From the NCBI RefSeq assembly GCF_009914755.1, contig NC_060929.1: a DNA stretch of 64,000 nt; one strand, given 5' to 3'. Made by a program: the position numbers and the translations under genes. Source of the DNA: the human T2T-CHM13v2.0 reference genome, Homo sapiens. The notes below the pieces were generated by a model. It had not been told where the DNA came from and made no database searches. It worked only from the letters and a program-made list of their open reading frames with translations. Below are positions 41,001 through 53,520 of the stretch, in pieces (the first letter of the stretch is position 1; every line of letters begins with the position of its first letter).

Positions 41001-43477
41001 CCTTGGGTTCTATTCTCAACCAGGAGGTAAAATCATAATCATAGGTAGAAACATTTACCCCTGACAAATCCCTTAAACTGGCTCTAAATTTGAGAATGCA
41101 TGGGTTCATGCATGCAGTCCTATTCAGTGAGAAGTATGTATGAAGGTTTAATGCTTATAATAATACACAGAACATAATGATGTGAACATGTATCAAGTAT
41201 GGATATATTTAGAGTTTTGAGAAACACATATGGTAAGCAAGAGTTAGAAGGAAATGACATGTCTGACTTATGAAGAGATTAATGTCTCCCATCCTTCATT
41301 TTGGCTGAAGTGTAGATTCTCTCTTTCTCCTTCTCCCATCCCCTAACATGAGGGAATTTTCCAGTGCACATAGAATGGACATCATGATACACCAAAGGCA
41401 TGCCACAGTTCCTAGCACATAATAAATGGTAAATAGCCATTCGTATTTTTAATGTCTTTTATTCTCCTATAGAAGGGATTTTCAAACGAAAACTGCTCTG
41501 TAGCTTAACAAGGGTTTAAAGAGACTTCAGAGCCAGCAGCATCAGAACAATGAGACATGCAGCCTTGTTGCCTAATTCACTCTTGGGTGACCAGTCTTAA
41601 ATGATGCAATGTGAAATCATTTCAATTAATTTTGGTCTGTCTCTGCAGTCTTCTGAGGGCCTTATAAAAGAAGTATATGCTTAAAGCTAATACACAGGAA
41701 GGCCTGAAAGCTCCAAACTGTGCAGCTTTTGGTGGATTTGAGGTAAACCCTTTATGAGGAACAAGAGAGAATGGATTTGCTTATGGTTATAGTTTCTCTC
41801 TCTAAAGATTTACCAGCTTAGAAAATATGTATATATGCACATATGTGAGTGTGTGTGTGTAAGTGTGTGTGATAGTTATTATTTTTTTAAGCAAAACAAA
41901 ATTTCCTTAATTCATCCCTGATATTGAGAGAATAATACTAATACATTTGGGCCATTTGTGACTTCTTTCTCAAAAATGCTTTTTGGGATGCCAAACCAAG
42001 CTGAAATGTCTGCCACCCTTGATTTTTGGTAGTAAAAAAAAAAACAGTTTGAAGTAGCCTGAAGACGAAACATAAATCAATGTTATTCATAGCTTACTTA
42101 TGCTATGCTAATATATTTGCCATAGGCAAGAAGTACTCCTAACTAATAAACTTACTTTAAATCATTAGTTGAAATGTCTGGATATTCCTTCTAATGATTT
42201 CCCCAGCTTAGTTTTGTCAATGCTTCGCAGGTCTTCATGCCTTCTACCTGAACGTATGGGTCATGGTAGATAGACAGAACAAAAAACTTTTATAACATTT
42301 TAAAAACTGGGATTAGAAGATCCTAAAACCTTGTCTGAGTGCTCTGCTGTTGATTTCTCAGAGGAGTAAAATATACGTGGCAACTTCTTCAGAAAGAACA
42401 TATTAAAGTTGAAGTATAAGGATTTTTAGATCAAAAGGATAATGATTTTTTAAAATCTTTACTATGTGATAAATTATTCTGAAGGCATTATAAAGATGTA
42501 CAAGCTTGCACCAGGGAATAACACAGAAAGTTGGTGGTGACTTTGAAATTAGTATAGACATAACACTAACCTCCTTCCTTCCTTGGCCAAGTTTCTTTAT
42601 AGCATGATGCCACAACTGTTTTTTTTTTTTTTAAGTAATTTTTTCTTATCACCAAAAGATTTTCTTTTTCTTCTTTAAGTGATATACACAAGAACGGCTG
42701 CATGTTTTAAAACATGTGGAACATGATAGGCTCACCTATTTTCCCTCTATTTAAAATAATGGTTTCATAGAGAATTGTAAATTATTTCTCCTCTTAACTT
42801 TCATGAAGAAAATGACACTTATATTTTAAACCAATTTAACTCTCAAGATGTGCCATCTGTGCCTCTCCTCTTGTCTCTAGGCCAAGAGAGTGTTATTAAG
42901 CTTGAGGATGGGTAGAAGAGAAGAGTGGCAGAGAGAGGCACTGGAGGTGTTTGAGAGAGGCATGAGGGGAGATGAAAGGCCCGTGCAATTGGGGAATTTC
43001 CTGGTGCATTTCCCTGAGAAAAAAACTAATGATGGTGATTTGGGGTTATGAAAAATGACTGACCGTCCATCAGCATAGGATAAGATCAGAAGATTCTTCA
43101 TAACGCTAGATACAGGACTCCTGAAGGCAAATAATATGATTGACTATCACATGGGTCTCATGCAAGGAGAGTTCATACGAGTTAAAAGGATAAAAGCCCT
43201 GGTGTAGCCCACTGGGGAGAGATAAACCTTTGAAGGAAGCCCTTTTAACCACATTCATCAGTAAGGCCATAAGGGACTTCCTTGGAAGTTTATCACAATT
43301 GCTTTTGCATGAAACTGTATTTTTCACCATGGTCTCCAATGAAGATAAACCCAGTGCTGCTCATATCATTGAAATCTACAGTGGAGATCTACAATGACCC
43401 TCTCCATGCGTGTTGGTCATCTCTTTCTGCTTCTTCATGCCCTGCTCATGTTTCTTCATGTTCCTCCTGCGACTTAT

Positions 43478-43945
43478 TTTTTGTAACAGCATGATTAAGA
43501 CATAATTCACATAACGTGCAATTCACTCACTTAAAATACAAAATTCAATGGTTTCTAGTATATCACAGGCTTGTGCAACCTTCAGCACAATCAATTTTAG
43601 AGTATTTTTATCACCCCAGGAAGAAATTCAGAACTCTTAGCAGTCATTCCCATTCCCCTCCACAACTGCCAGTCCTAAGCAGCATCCATCAATCTACTTT
43701 GTGACCATAGATTTGCCTATTTTAGACATTTCATGTCAATAGAATCATGCAATATGTAGTATTTTCTGACTGGAGTCTTTCATTTAGCATGATGTTCTTG
43801 AAATTAATCCGTGCCACAGAATGTGTCAGTTCTTTATTCCTTTTTGTTGACAAATAATATTCCATTGTATGAATATAGCATGTTTATTTTTTTTCATTCA
43901 TCAGTTGATGGATATTTGTGTTGTTTTCCTTATGGGCTGTTTCTT
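43478..43945 (-). mobile_element. L1MB 3' end fragment
   Basis: taacagcatgattaagacataattcacataac...atagatttgcctattttagacatttcatgtcaatagaatcat. Confidence 0.88.
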
Positions 43946-44470
43946 TGATTTTTTTTCTTCTTGGCATCGTGTATGATTTCCGAATAGCATGGTGCAAAAT
44001 AGGCCTTGAAGTTTCCTGCATCTGGGTGCAAACTCCAGTTCTGCTGCTGATAAGCAATGGGGCTCTGGTCAAGTTATGTGACTTTTGTGATCCTTTATTT
44101 CTCATTTTGCATAAATGGACAGCCCACAGGGTACTGCTCATATTGCCCCTTGGCCCAATGTGAGGATATAATAACTATTGAACATTTTTTTCATTTATTG
44201 AATGAGTAATCACATAATATGAGCCTTCCCAAGGAGCTCTTATATATTGTTTATAAAGGTAATCTGGGTAATGCCGGGCTCTTACACTCTATTTTAAATC
44301 AAGCAAGTGAAGGCTTCAGAGACATCTCTTCGTATTGACAGTGTGCTCTGCAAAAGATTCAGCAAAGCTCCATGAGAACTGTTTCTGTTCATCTCTTCCT
44401 AACTCAGCCTCACCCTGTAATTTTAGGACATAAGCCCCACAGACTTTTACCTTAGATATAGTGCAATTCA

Positions 44471-44482
44471 AACACACACACA

Positions 44483-44526
<44 letters not shown>
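44471..44526. repeat. (CA)n microsatellite
   Basis: Interrupted CA run. Confidence 0.97.
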
Positions 44527-44527
<1 letters not shown>

Positions 44528-45939
44528 AGATGCCAACCATTCCTGAGAAGGAACTTGCAGAATCTTCCATTTCATAGCATTATCTGTTGAGACAGAAATA
44601 ATGTGATTGATTTGCCAGGTCATCCAGGATTTCAAAAACCCCCAAACTAAGCCATTTTACATTTTAGATCCAAAGTGTTGTTTATCATAGGCTGTTAAGA
44701 CTTTCTCATTTTAATTTCAACCAGAGAAGAATACATTGAATATAAACAGGGCCTCTTAGAGCAGTCAGAGAGCATACCGAGAGTTTCTCTAGTAATAGAG
44801 TCAAAAATAGTGACTAACCAAGTCTTTAAGTAGAAATGCTACCCCTAAATAAATGCTTCTAAATGAGATGGCAAAAACGAATAGACTCTTGTTTAATTAA
44901 AGGTACTTGTAAAGTTTGCTTAGAGTTTGCAGTAATCCACCTTGTCAGTTCTCATCCGGGATGTTTAATGATGGGTTTGCTTTAGTTTCCAAATGGAAAT
45001 CAGCTGCTGCTTCTTTACAGCCTGACATTAGGCACCCTGTGGAAATTGTATTATTCTCCACATGCATATTCATAGAATTAAGTATTATCAATGGACTTAA
45101 AGAGCTCAATTATTTTTTGCAATTGCATGCTTAGTTGCTTATTCTGAAGTAGAGTAGATTGAGTATTTCGGGGCCTGGTCAAATCCTTGAAATATAAATG
45201 TGAATGTATATCAGCAGAAAATCACCAGCTTTACTTTATCAGTTGGATTGTTAAGACAATTGCCAACAATATTATCCCTTGATTTATAGTTCACAAAATG
45301 TCTTCTGTTATAATGAGCATAGTTTTTTTCCTCACAGAACTCTGTGAACAAAAAAGCATTCTACAGATGAGGAAACTGATTGTCATCCAAGAAGAATCTC
45401 TTATCTAAGATTGTATAAGTACTGAAGCAAGATTAAAATCTAGACATTCCTGACTTCTAGTTCTTTATTGCATTTTCTGCATCCTATTGCTTCCCTGGGG
45501 AAGGTCTTATTTCTGTATGTTTGGAAATACCTACTTACTTTAGATTTTTATTTTAGCTTGTGTATGTGTCATGGTGGTGTCATTTTAATTACCAGGCCAC
45601 TGAACCACATGGACATTTGGTAATAGACAGAATGCTGCATTTCCAGATGCTAGAGTTAGTGTAATTCTTGATTAATAATTTAATAGAAAATAAGGTGTTT
45701 GTTTACAATGTTAACTAAACATTCAAGGAAAACACACAGCAGCAATTGAGATGAGAAAACACAGAATGCAAACAGGAAAACAAAAGAAATGAGGATGGAT
45801 TAATTCTACATGCAGTTGAAATATACCACCTGCTTTGCCCTTGCTTTTGGGACATTCAAGTTCATCTCTCTTTCTCCAGTATCATTGTCATTGTGTTAGA
45901 TTATTACTGTGGTTTGTAGAGCTATAGGGACTTTGTGAG

Positions 45940-46646
<707 letters not shown>

Positions 46647-47661
46647 TTAATATTAAGGGACTAAAAATGAAAAGAGGTGTCAGTATATACATTCTGATCA
46701 CATCCGTACTTGGAAGTTCATACAATGAATTCATCAAACTCTCATTCTTCTTCTGGGGAAATATCTAAACTCCATTGCATTTCCTTATTCCACTGTGGCC
46801 CATTGTGGATTGTGTGTTATATTTGAATATATCAAATCTAGCAAATTGACATTGAAAACCAAACATATCAGAGACAAACTATAGAAACACAATAGAGAAA
46901 ATAAATCCACCTCTGCCAAAGTATGATCTTTCCAATCATTTCAACTCCTAAAAGTAGAAGGAAGCTTGGAACTGGAGGTGTTAAGGAGTTTGCTTGGAAA
47001 AAGCAATGAAATAAATATTGCTGTCTTTCAAGAATATATATGTCTAACTCACCTCAGGGTTTGGACCTGGGTGTTGAATGAACTGAGGATCTCTTTGGCA
47101 AGAAGCTCTAGTAGATGACAAATTCTTACTCTTGTTGTATTGCTCAAAGAATGCCCCCTACTTCTTGATAGCATTTCTGAGGTGCCAGAGCTTCAGGTGA
47201 TAAATGACATTTTTATTCTTGACATGTTACTCTTTATTATATCATTGAGAAATAAAGTTCAATAAGTGACTTCTGATAATACTTTACTGCGGTCTTTATG
47301 AAAGATCGATTCCATTAAGTAGGTACATTTCAGTTGCTATTACTTCAAGTGATGCCATAATGTACTTGAAATTCAGTCTTTAGTTAATAATAGCAAGCTT
47401 ATTGAGTGTATTAGAGATGTGCTAAAGTACTTACTTTTGGGCCTGGTATCAGCCAAGACATAGTATTTTAGACTTGCAGGCTTTCCATGTATTTCCCCCA
47501 AAATCTTATACATATATATATATAATTTAATATGTATCTATAGTGTATATATATGTCTAATATATATATGACAGAGTATCTTACATATGGCATAGCATTT
47601 TATTATATATGTCATGGTGTTTTAGACCTGTATGCTTTCCATGTATTTTCTCCCAAATCTA

Positions 47662-47692
<31 letters not shown>

Positions 47693-50290
47693 TACAATTT
47701 TTGAAATGCAAATATGTGTGCAATCATTTTTTAGGGTATTATCATTTAATATACTAAGGTAACCTCATTGATTAAAACTTGAAATATGACTTTACTCGAA
47801 GTCACTTGGGAAATATATTGATGGTCATGCTATTCATAAAAATGAACTCAAGTCTACCTGTCTAGAAACTGAGCAATGTCACTTGAAAAGAATACAGCAG
47901 TAAGAATAAGAAACTAAACCAATTATAGTTTTTACAAATAATTATTCTTATGATCAGGAGTAATAGTTGTGTGCAGTGAAAAAGGGTGTAATATTAACTA
48001 AAGACTAGAGTTTGATTTCTCTCAGCTTTTAGCACTCAAGAAAATGTGATGAGAATGTCTGGGCTAAGCAGGATGGATAAACTTTAACAAAAAAGTTGTA
48101 AAAACAGTACAAGGAACTTTCATATCCTGAAGGGGCAATTTTAAAAGTAATTGTGAAATTTTAATAACATAGGGAAGTACTCATTCATCTATTGTTAAGT
48201 TAATAAGCAGCCTAAAAATTGGCTTACACATTATAGAACCAATTAAGCTTTAAAAAAACAAAGAGAAACTCACACAGAAAGGAGACTGGAAGCATGTGCT
48301 CAAAAATATTAACAGCGGCATGCATACATAATAGGATTATAGATGATTTTATTTGTGTTTTTCATTTTTCTGATTTGTTAAATAATAAAAAATTCCTGTA
48401 TGCAAAGAAAGCATGTTTAAGTAAAAGTATATTGTATTGGTAGTGTTAAATGTGCTTGTGCCATTTTTATTCAGGTAGGGGTGTGTGTGTTTGTGTGTGT
48501 GTGTTTCTGCACATTGATAATAGCAAAATACCAGTTGTATCAGTGATCCATGATGAAATTGTTAACACTGATGATGCTATTTCACTGTGGAATTTTCTTG
48601 TGATGTTGAGAATCTTCTTTGTTAGTTTTTTTAGAAGTAAAAGCTTATCATAAGGAAAGTATCAAAAAATTAGGATTTGAAATTTGTAATTAATATTAAT
48701 TTAATAACTCAACTAAACAAATTACAAATTTTAGGGTTTCATTATGATGTAGCTTCATTGCTTTAGCATGAATTTCTCTCTACCATCAGAAAATAAACTT
48801 CTTACCTGTCCAGTATGGAGCATGTAGACAATTTTGTGGCCAGCATGAAATTTTTACAGTGATGATACCAGCAAACACCTCCAAGATATAATGTCAGATC
48901 TGGTTAATCAGTATGTTAAAATATGTTTGAATTTGTCTTGATTAGAAAAATAGCAATCAAAGCATTCAACTCTTTTCACTTGTTGAGACAGATGGCCTAT
49001 CTTTATGAAGGCAAATATCCAAAAACAACAACCCACTACCTTATCTTTCAAAATATGGTGCTCAGAATCATCTTGGAAAAGAGCTATTTAAGCCTAATAA
49101 GCCATATGCTTGATGAATTGATTTATTCCATTTTGTAGTATAGACATAAAAATCTTCTTTGCAGCATCTTTATCATATCTGCATTCTCTGCAACTCATTT
49201 ATAAAAATTAGCAAAACTTCCAAATAAGGAATAAATTATTATAGAGAATTCAGCTTCTGTGTCTTACAAAAGAAAAAAAAAAATGTGTCTAAGTGAACAG
49301 TCTCTGATTTGCCAGATATTCTCCCCATAAAGTTCTGTGTATTTGAAGAGCAAATAAACTGACAGCTTCCTTGGTATGCATAAAGCAGGTCTAAAATTAT
49401 TCCAGAAAGAATCCCTCAGAGAAATGCAACTTCCCTGTCATTCTTATGTATTATTTAAGGTAGAGATTGACCATGGGCATAGAAGAAATATACAATGTTT
49501 CTGGGTCCTAAAAGAAGAGAGTTCATATACTTTTTAATTTTATGTATTTTAAGATATATGTCAGTGCATTGTATTTAGCATGGAAAAGAATGTCCTATCA
49601 AAATAAGCAGCTACTCCTGCATGTAGTTTAGTGGCAAACCCACCTATTAACCTCTAGCCACAACCAAATAACCCCACACTTGAAACCTGAGGTTGATTAG
49701 ATGAACCTTTGTTCCCCATAAAATTCTTTAAAATTATACATTTCATTAAAAGAGGAACATATTTGGTCAACTTAGAAACACATTGTTGTGCAATAGAAGA
49801 GCATGGCTTTGTTATTAGATGGAGATGCATTCTAAATCGGAATCCACCATTTGCTTAACTGGGAACTGCTGGGTACATTATATAAACTCCCTGAGGCTGA
49901 GAGAGGATAGGAAACTGTGATGAGGTAAAAAATCAAAACTAAATTTTAAAAGTAAAGTATACTTGACTTTTGCATGGGATATTATACTTACATAAATGTG
50001 GCTATTTCTGATCATCTGAGGTACTGGATTTCCAATTATTAGATCAATTACAAATTCCTTTGCCCAATAAACACATAATATTTGAGAAAGTCTTTCTTTC
50101 CACTTTAATTGTGAAGCATAAACAAAAGTGTAACCTTTGTGGAGTACGCTGAGTCTTTAACTGAAAGAGATGGCGTATCATTGTTAGAAGAGAGACCAAG
50201 AAGTTGGTCTAAATTATCAGTCTCCAAAGGCTATGATATTTGTTACCCAAGTTGTGTCTGTGTTTGTGTGTGCATGTGTATATGTAGGTG

Positions 50291-50293
<3 letters not shown>

Positions 50294-50341
<48 letters not shown>

Positions 50342-50356
50342 GAGAGAGAGAGAGAT
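50294..50356. repeat. (TG)n-(GA)n compound microsatellite
   Basis: About 20 GT units then gagagaga. Confidence 0.97.
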
Positions 50357-50973
50357 AATGAGGACCAATTTAAGACTTAGCTTAAAATATCTCTACAGGA
50401 TTCCAGGAGATTGGATGAAGTTTAAGTTATGAAGTAATCTAGGAAACATTAATAACTCTCTCTGTTGGTCTGCAAAATCATGTTATTAAAACTCAAACCA
50501 TTTGGCAAGAATCATCATCAATGTATCGAATGCACCTGAAACAATCACGAGTTAACTTTTCCATCTTTCAATTATCATATTCATGTCTAAATACATTTGT
50601 GTTGACTGACTGCTGATCAAACTACATGTGTGCGGAAAAGGACAAAAGATAGAAATGTGAATGTTGGAAAAATACTTACTACTTAAATGCAAGTATTTTG
50701 ATAAAAAACATTATCAGTGAGCTCACCAAGGAAATGTTATCTGGGTGCTGGATTGGTAAAGAAATATCTAGCTATCAAATTGGGTACAGTGGGATTTAAG
50801 GGTTCACCTGGAAGCTCTATCAAAAGTTTGCTTAACTCTAGCAGACCACCAGGATCCCTCTGGTTCCAGTGGGCTTTTAGAATCTCCAAAGCTCTTAGAC
50901 TTGAACCACATTTCGTTTTTGGAAACAGACTCAGAAAGAAAGAGGAACAGGAGCAGCTAGGAAGTGTTTTTAG

Positions 50974-51100
50974 TAATGGTTCAGAAAGTGGGGTCCCAGG
51001 AGCAGCAGCATTATAGCCTGAGGAGAAAAGAGAGGGACTTGTTAGATATGGAAATTCTTCGGCCCCACTCCAGACCACCTGAATCAGAAACTAGGGTTAG
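50974..51100. mobile_element. MER5A partial
   Basis: aaagtggggtcccaggagcagcagcatt...cttgttagatatggaaattcttcggccccactccagaccacctgaatcagaaact. Confidence 0.85.
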
Positions 51101-51102
51101 CA

Positions 51103-51192
51103 GGCCGGGCAAGGTGGCTCACACCTGTAATCCCAATACTTTGGGAGGCTAAGGTGGGTAGATTACCTGAGGTCAGGAGTTTGAGACCAGCC
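51103..51192 (+). mobile_element. Alu left-arm fragment, 3' truncated
   Basis: ggccgggcaaggtggctcac...gagtttgagaccagcc then abrupt end. Confidence 0.92.
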
Positions 51193-53149
51193 ATCTTTCA
51201 GTAAGAAACATGATTACTGGAGGATGTGGTATACCACCTAGGTTTGTGTGCAACTTTTTTTGCCGTGATAAGATTATCTATTACTCAATCTTAGAAGTAG
51301 CAAAAGAAATTATGGAATGCTTTTTAAGGCATACTTCTTCCTTGAATCAGTAATCAAGGAAAAACTATGGCAGGGAAAATAGAAAGGTTAGGCAATTTGT
51401 ATTTCCCAATGGTTTGAAAAAACAGTGGCTGTTGCATTTCTGCTAAAGGCTGCTAAATCCAAATTGATGAAACTTTTGGCCCAGCCTTGCAGAATTCCCT
51501 TTGAAATGTTTTGTCATGTCTGTCAGTTTAGTCATAGTTTAAGATGTTACATGTTTAACTTAGGGAGATGAGTGCAGAGTCTGAAAATATGTCATCGAAA
51601 GCAAAAAAAAAAAAAAGTGACTTCAATTTATGACAAAAATACAGCAGAGGGACTGAATTGGAATCTTCAGAGAGCATGAGTATTTGAGCCCCTGCCAAAT
51701 GTTAATCCCTTTCAATGGAAAGAAGGATTAGAAATGTACATTGGCCCTATATCTTCATTTAATTCAGGACTACTAGTTATCTAGAAACATTTTTGTTATT
51801 GTGTCTAATTTCGCACTATTTTTGGCATCATTTTCAAAAACCTTTACCCTGGTTTATTTATTTATTTTTTGGCTCTGATCATCAGTATTAATTCAATTCT
51901 ATTTGTTTTCTACATAATTAAATTGTTCTATGTGAGCATCAATCTATTACAGTGTTACAAGTTAGTTCATTGTTTCAAGGAGGTAATGTTAGTATATCTC
52001 TGAAATAACATGTAGGTCTCTGATTGAGTAATGAAATACGATGTATTCAATTTCTTCTCTCTATTTAACCTACCTGGAACCATGTTTGTCAGACTAACTC
52101 ACCACAGAGTGAGCATGGATAAACTTGTATGAGGTCAAAGCCCATACCACTGAGGATACTAATATAAAAGATTACCAATTTGTGACACCTTGCTATTGCA
52201 TTATTATCCATGCTTACGAGGCTGGTTGCAGTGAGATGTCTAATTTGAATTTTCTGAACCATGCCTTTAAGGCTCACATACCTGAGGTATTTATCCAAAC
52301 ACATTGTAGGTTTACCTCCCTCAAATATCCAGCCATCCATCCGTTTCCTTCTGAGCAGAGCAATAAAAATCAAGCCAGACCCTATGCTTTACGTATAGAA
52401 CCAGTAAGATTTACAGCCAGGCTGAGTATAAAATCATAAAACTTTCAGTACGTGGTTAATATATAACCATCAAAATAACAGAGTGCAATTCTAAATTTAT
52501 GAGGCTGAACTTAACACTGAATATCAAATAAGAATCACATTGATCTCTGTAGCGGATGACTTAAAAACACATTAGGTGGCATAAACTGCAAGACAGTACA
52601 TTGATTTAAGCATAAAATGCATAGCGCTCAATACTTTACCACCTAACGTTTCTCAGTAATGAACAAAGCTGTTGTATATTGATGAAAGGAAAATTATTTG
52701 TTTTGTTATATTACAGTGCTCACAGAGATGCCTTGTATTTAGGCTAGGCAAACATGGTTTGAATCACATTTAGCAAAGGGTCACATTGGATGGACATTTT
52801 ACTGAATTTATACTTGTTTCTCAAAATAACTGTACAGAAGCATTATCACGATGACAGTTTTCTCATTTTCTCTTTTAACAGAGGAAAGATTCATACCAGG
52901 TAGATACGGACTTTTTGTAGAAATACACTTTACTGTAAGTTTTCTGATAAAGGCAATTACATGGAATTTTAAGGTTGATCTCTCTAAGTGCATGAAATGA
53001 TCTTGTAAAATTACCATATTCAGAAAATCTAAAAGCATATTTTAAAAAGAAACAATAATTTTATGGTAAATACATATTTTATAAAAATCTTTACTGTAGA
53101 AGGATCTTTAAAAAATTGATTGGAATGAGGAATATTAGGAAATGTTAAT

Positions 53150-53520
53150 AGCTACAGGTGTGTCCATGTAATATAGATAGCAAAATGGATAAAATTGGTT
53201 CTGATATGGGGTGAAAAACAAAAGCTAACACTCGGCAAGTGATTTAGGGTGATTTATGGCGTGATTTATGGAGGTAGTAGGGGCCCTGGTTCGCTAGAGA
53301 GAGAGCACCCACTTCTCAGCTTCCTCTATCTGATTGTTGTGTCTGGGTGTATGAAAATATCAGATCTTGGGATCTGCAATAAAAGTGAGACATACAGATT
53401 TATCTGTGAAGTCTCCTGATTTTAAAACACTAACAGATGATTTAAATGGGAAATAAGAGGTACTGATCAAATGTAACCTATCTTAGGTCGATTTCCAGCA
53501 CTCACACTGCTGGTTAAAGA
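53150..53520. mobile_element. Possible MER102-like fragment
   Basis: cagatttatctgtgaagtctcctgattttaaaacactaaca resembles the 46160-46200 segment. Confidence 0.4.

Noticed and set aside
48680-48731. 12-bp inverted repeat aaatttgtaatt / aattacaaattt
   Set aside because: Very AT-rich with a long spacer; weak significance.
50717-51078. Overlapping 99-aa and 113-aa ORFs on opposite strands
   Set aside because: Partly MER5A-derived, non-ATG starts, no recognisable domain.
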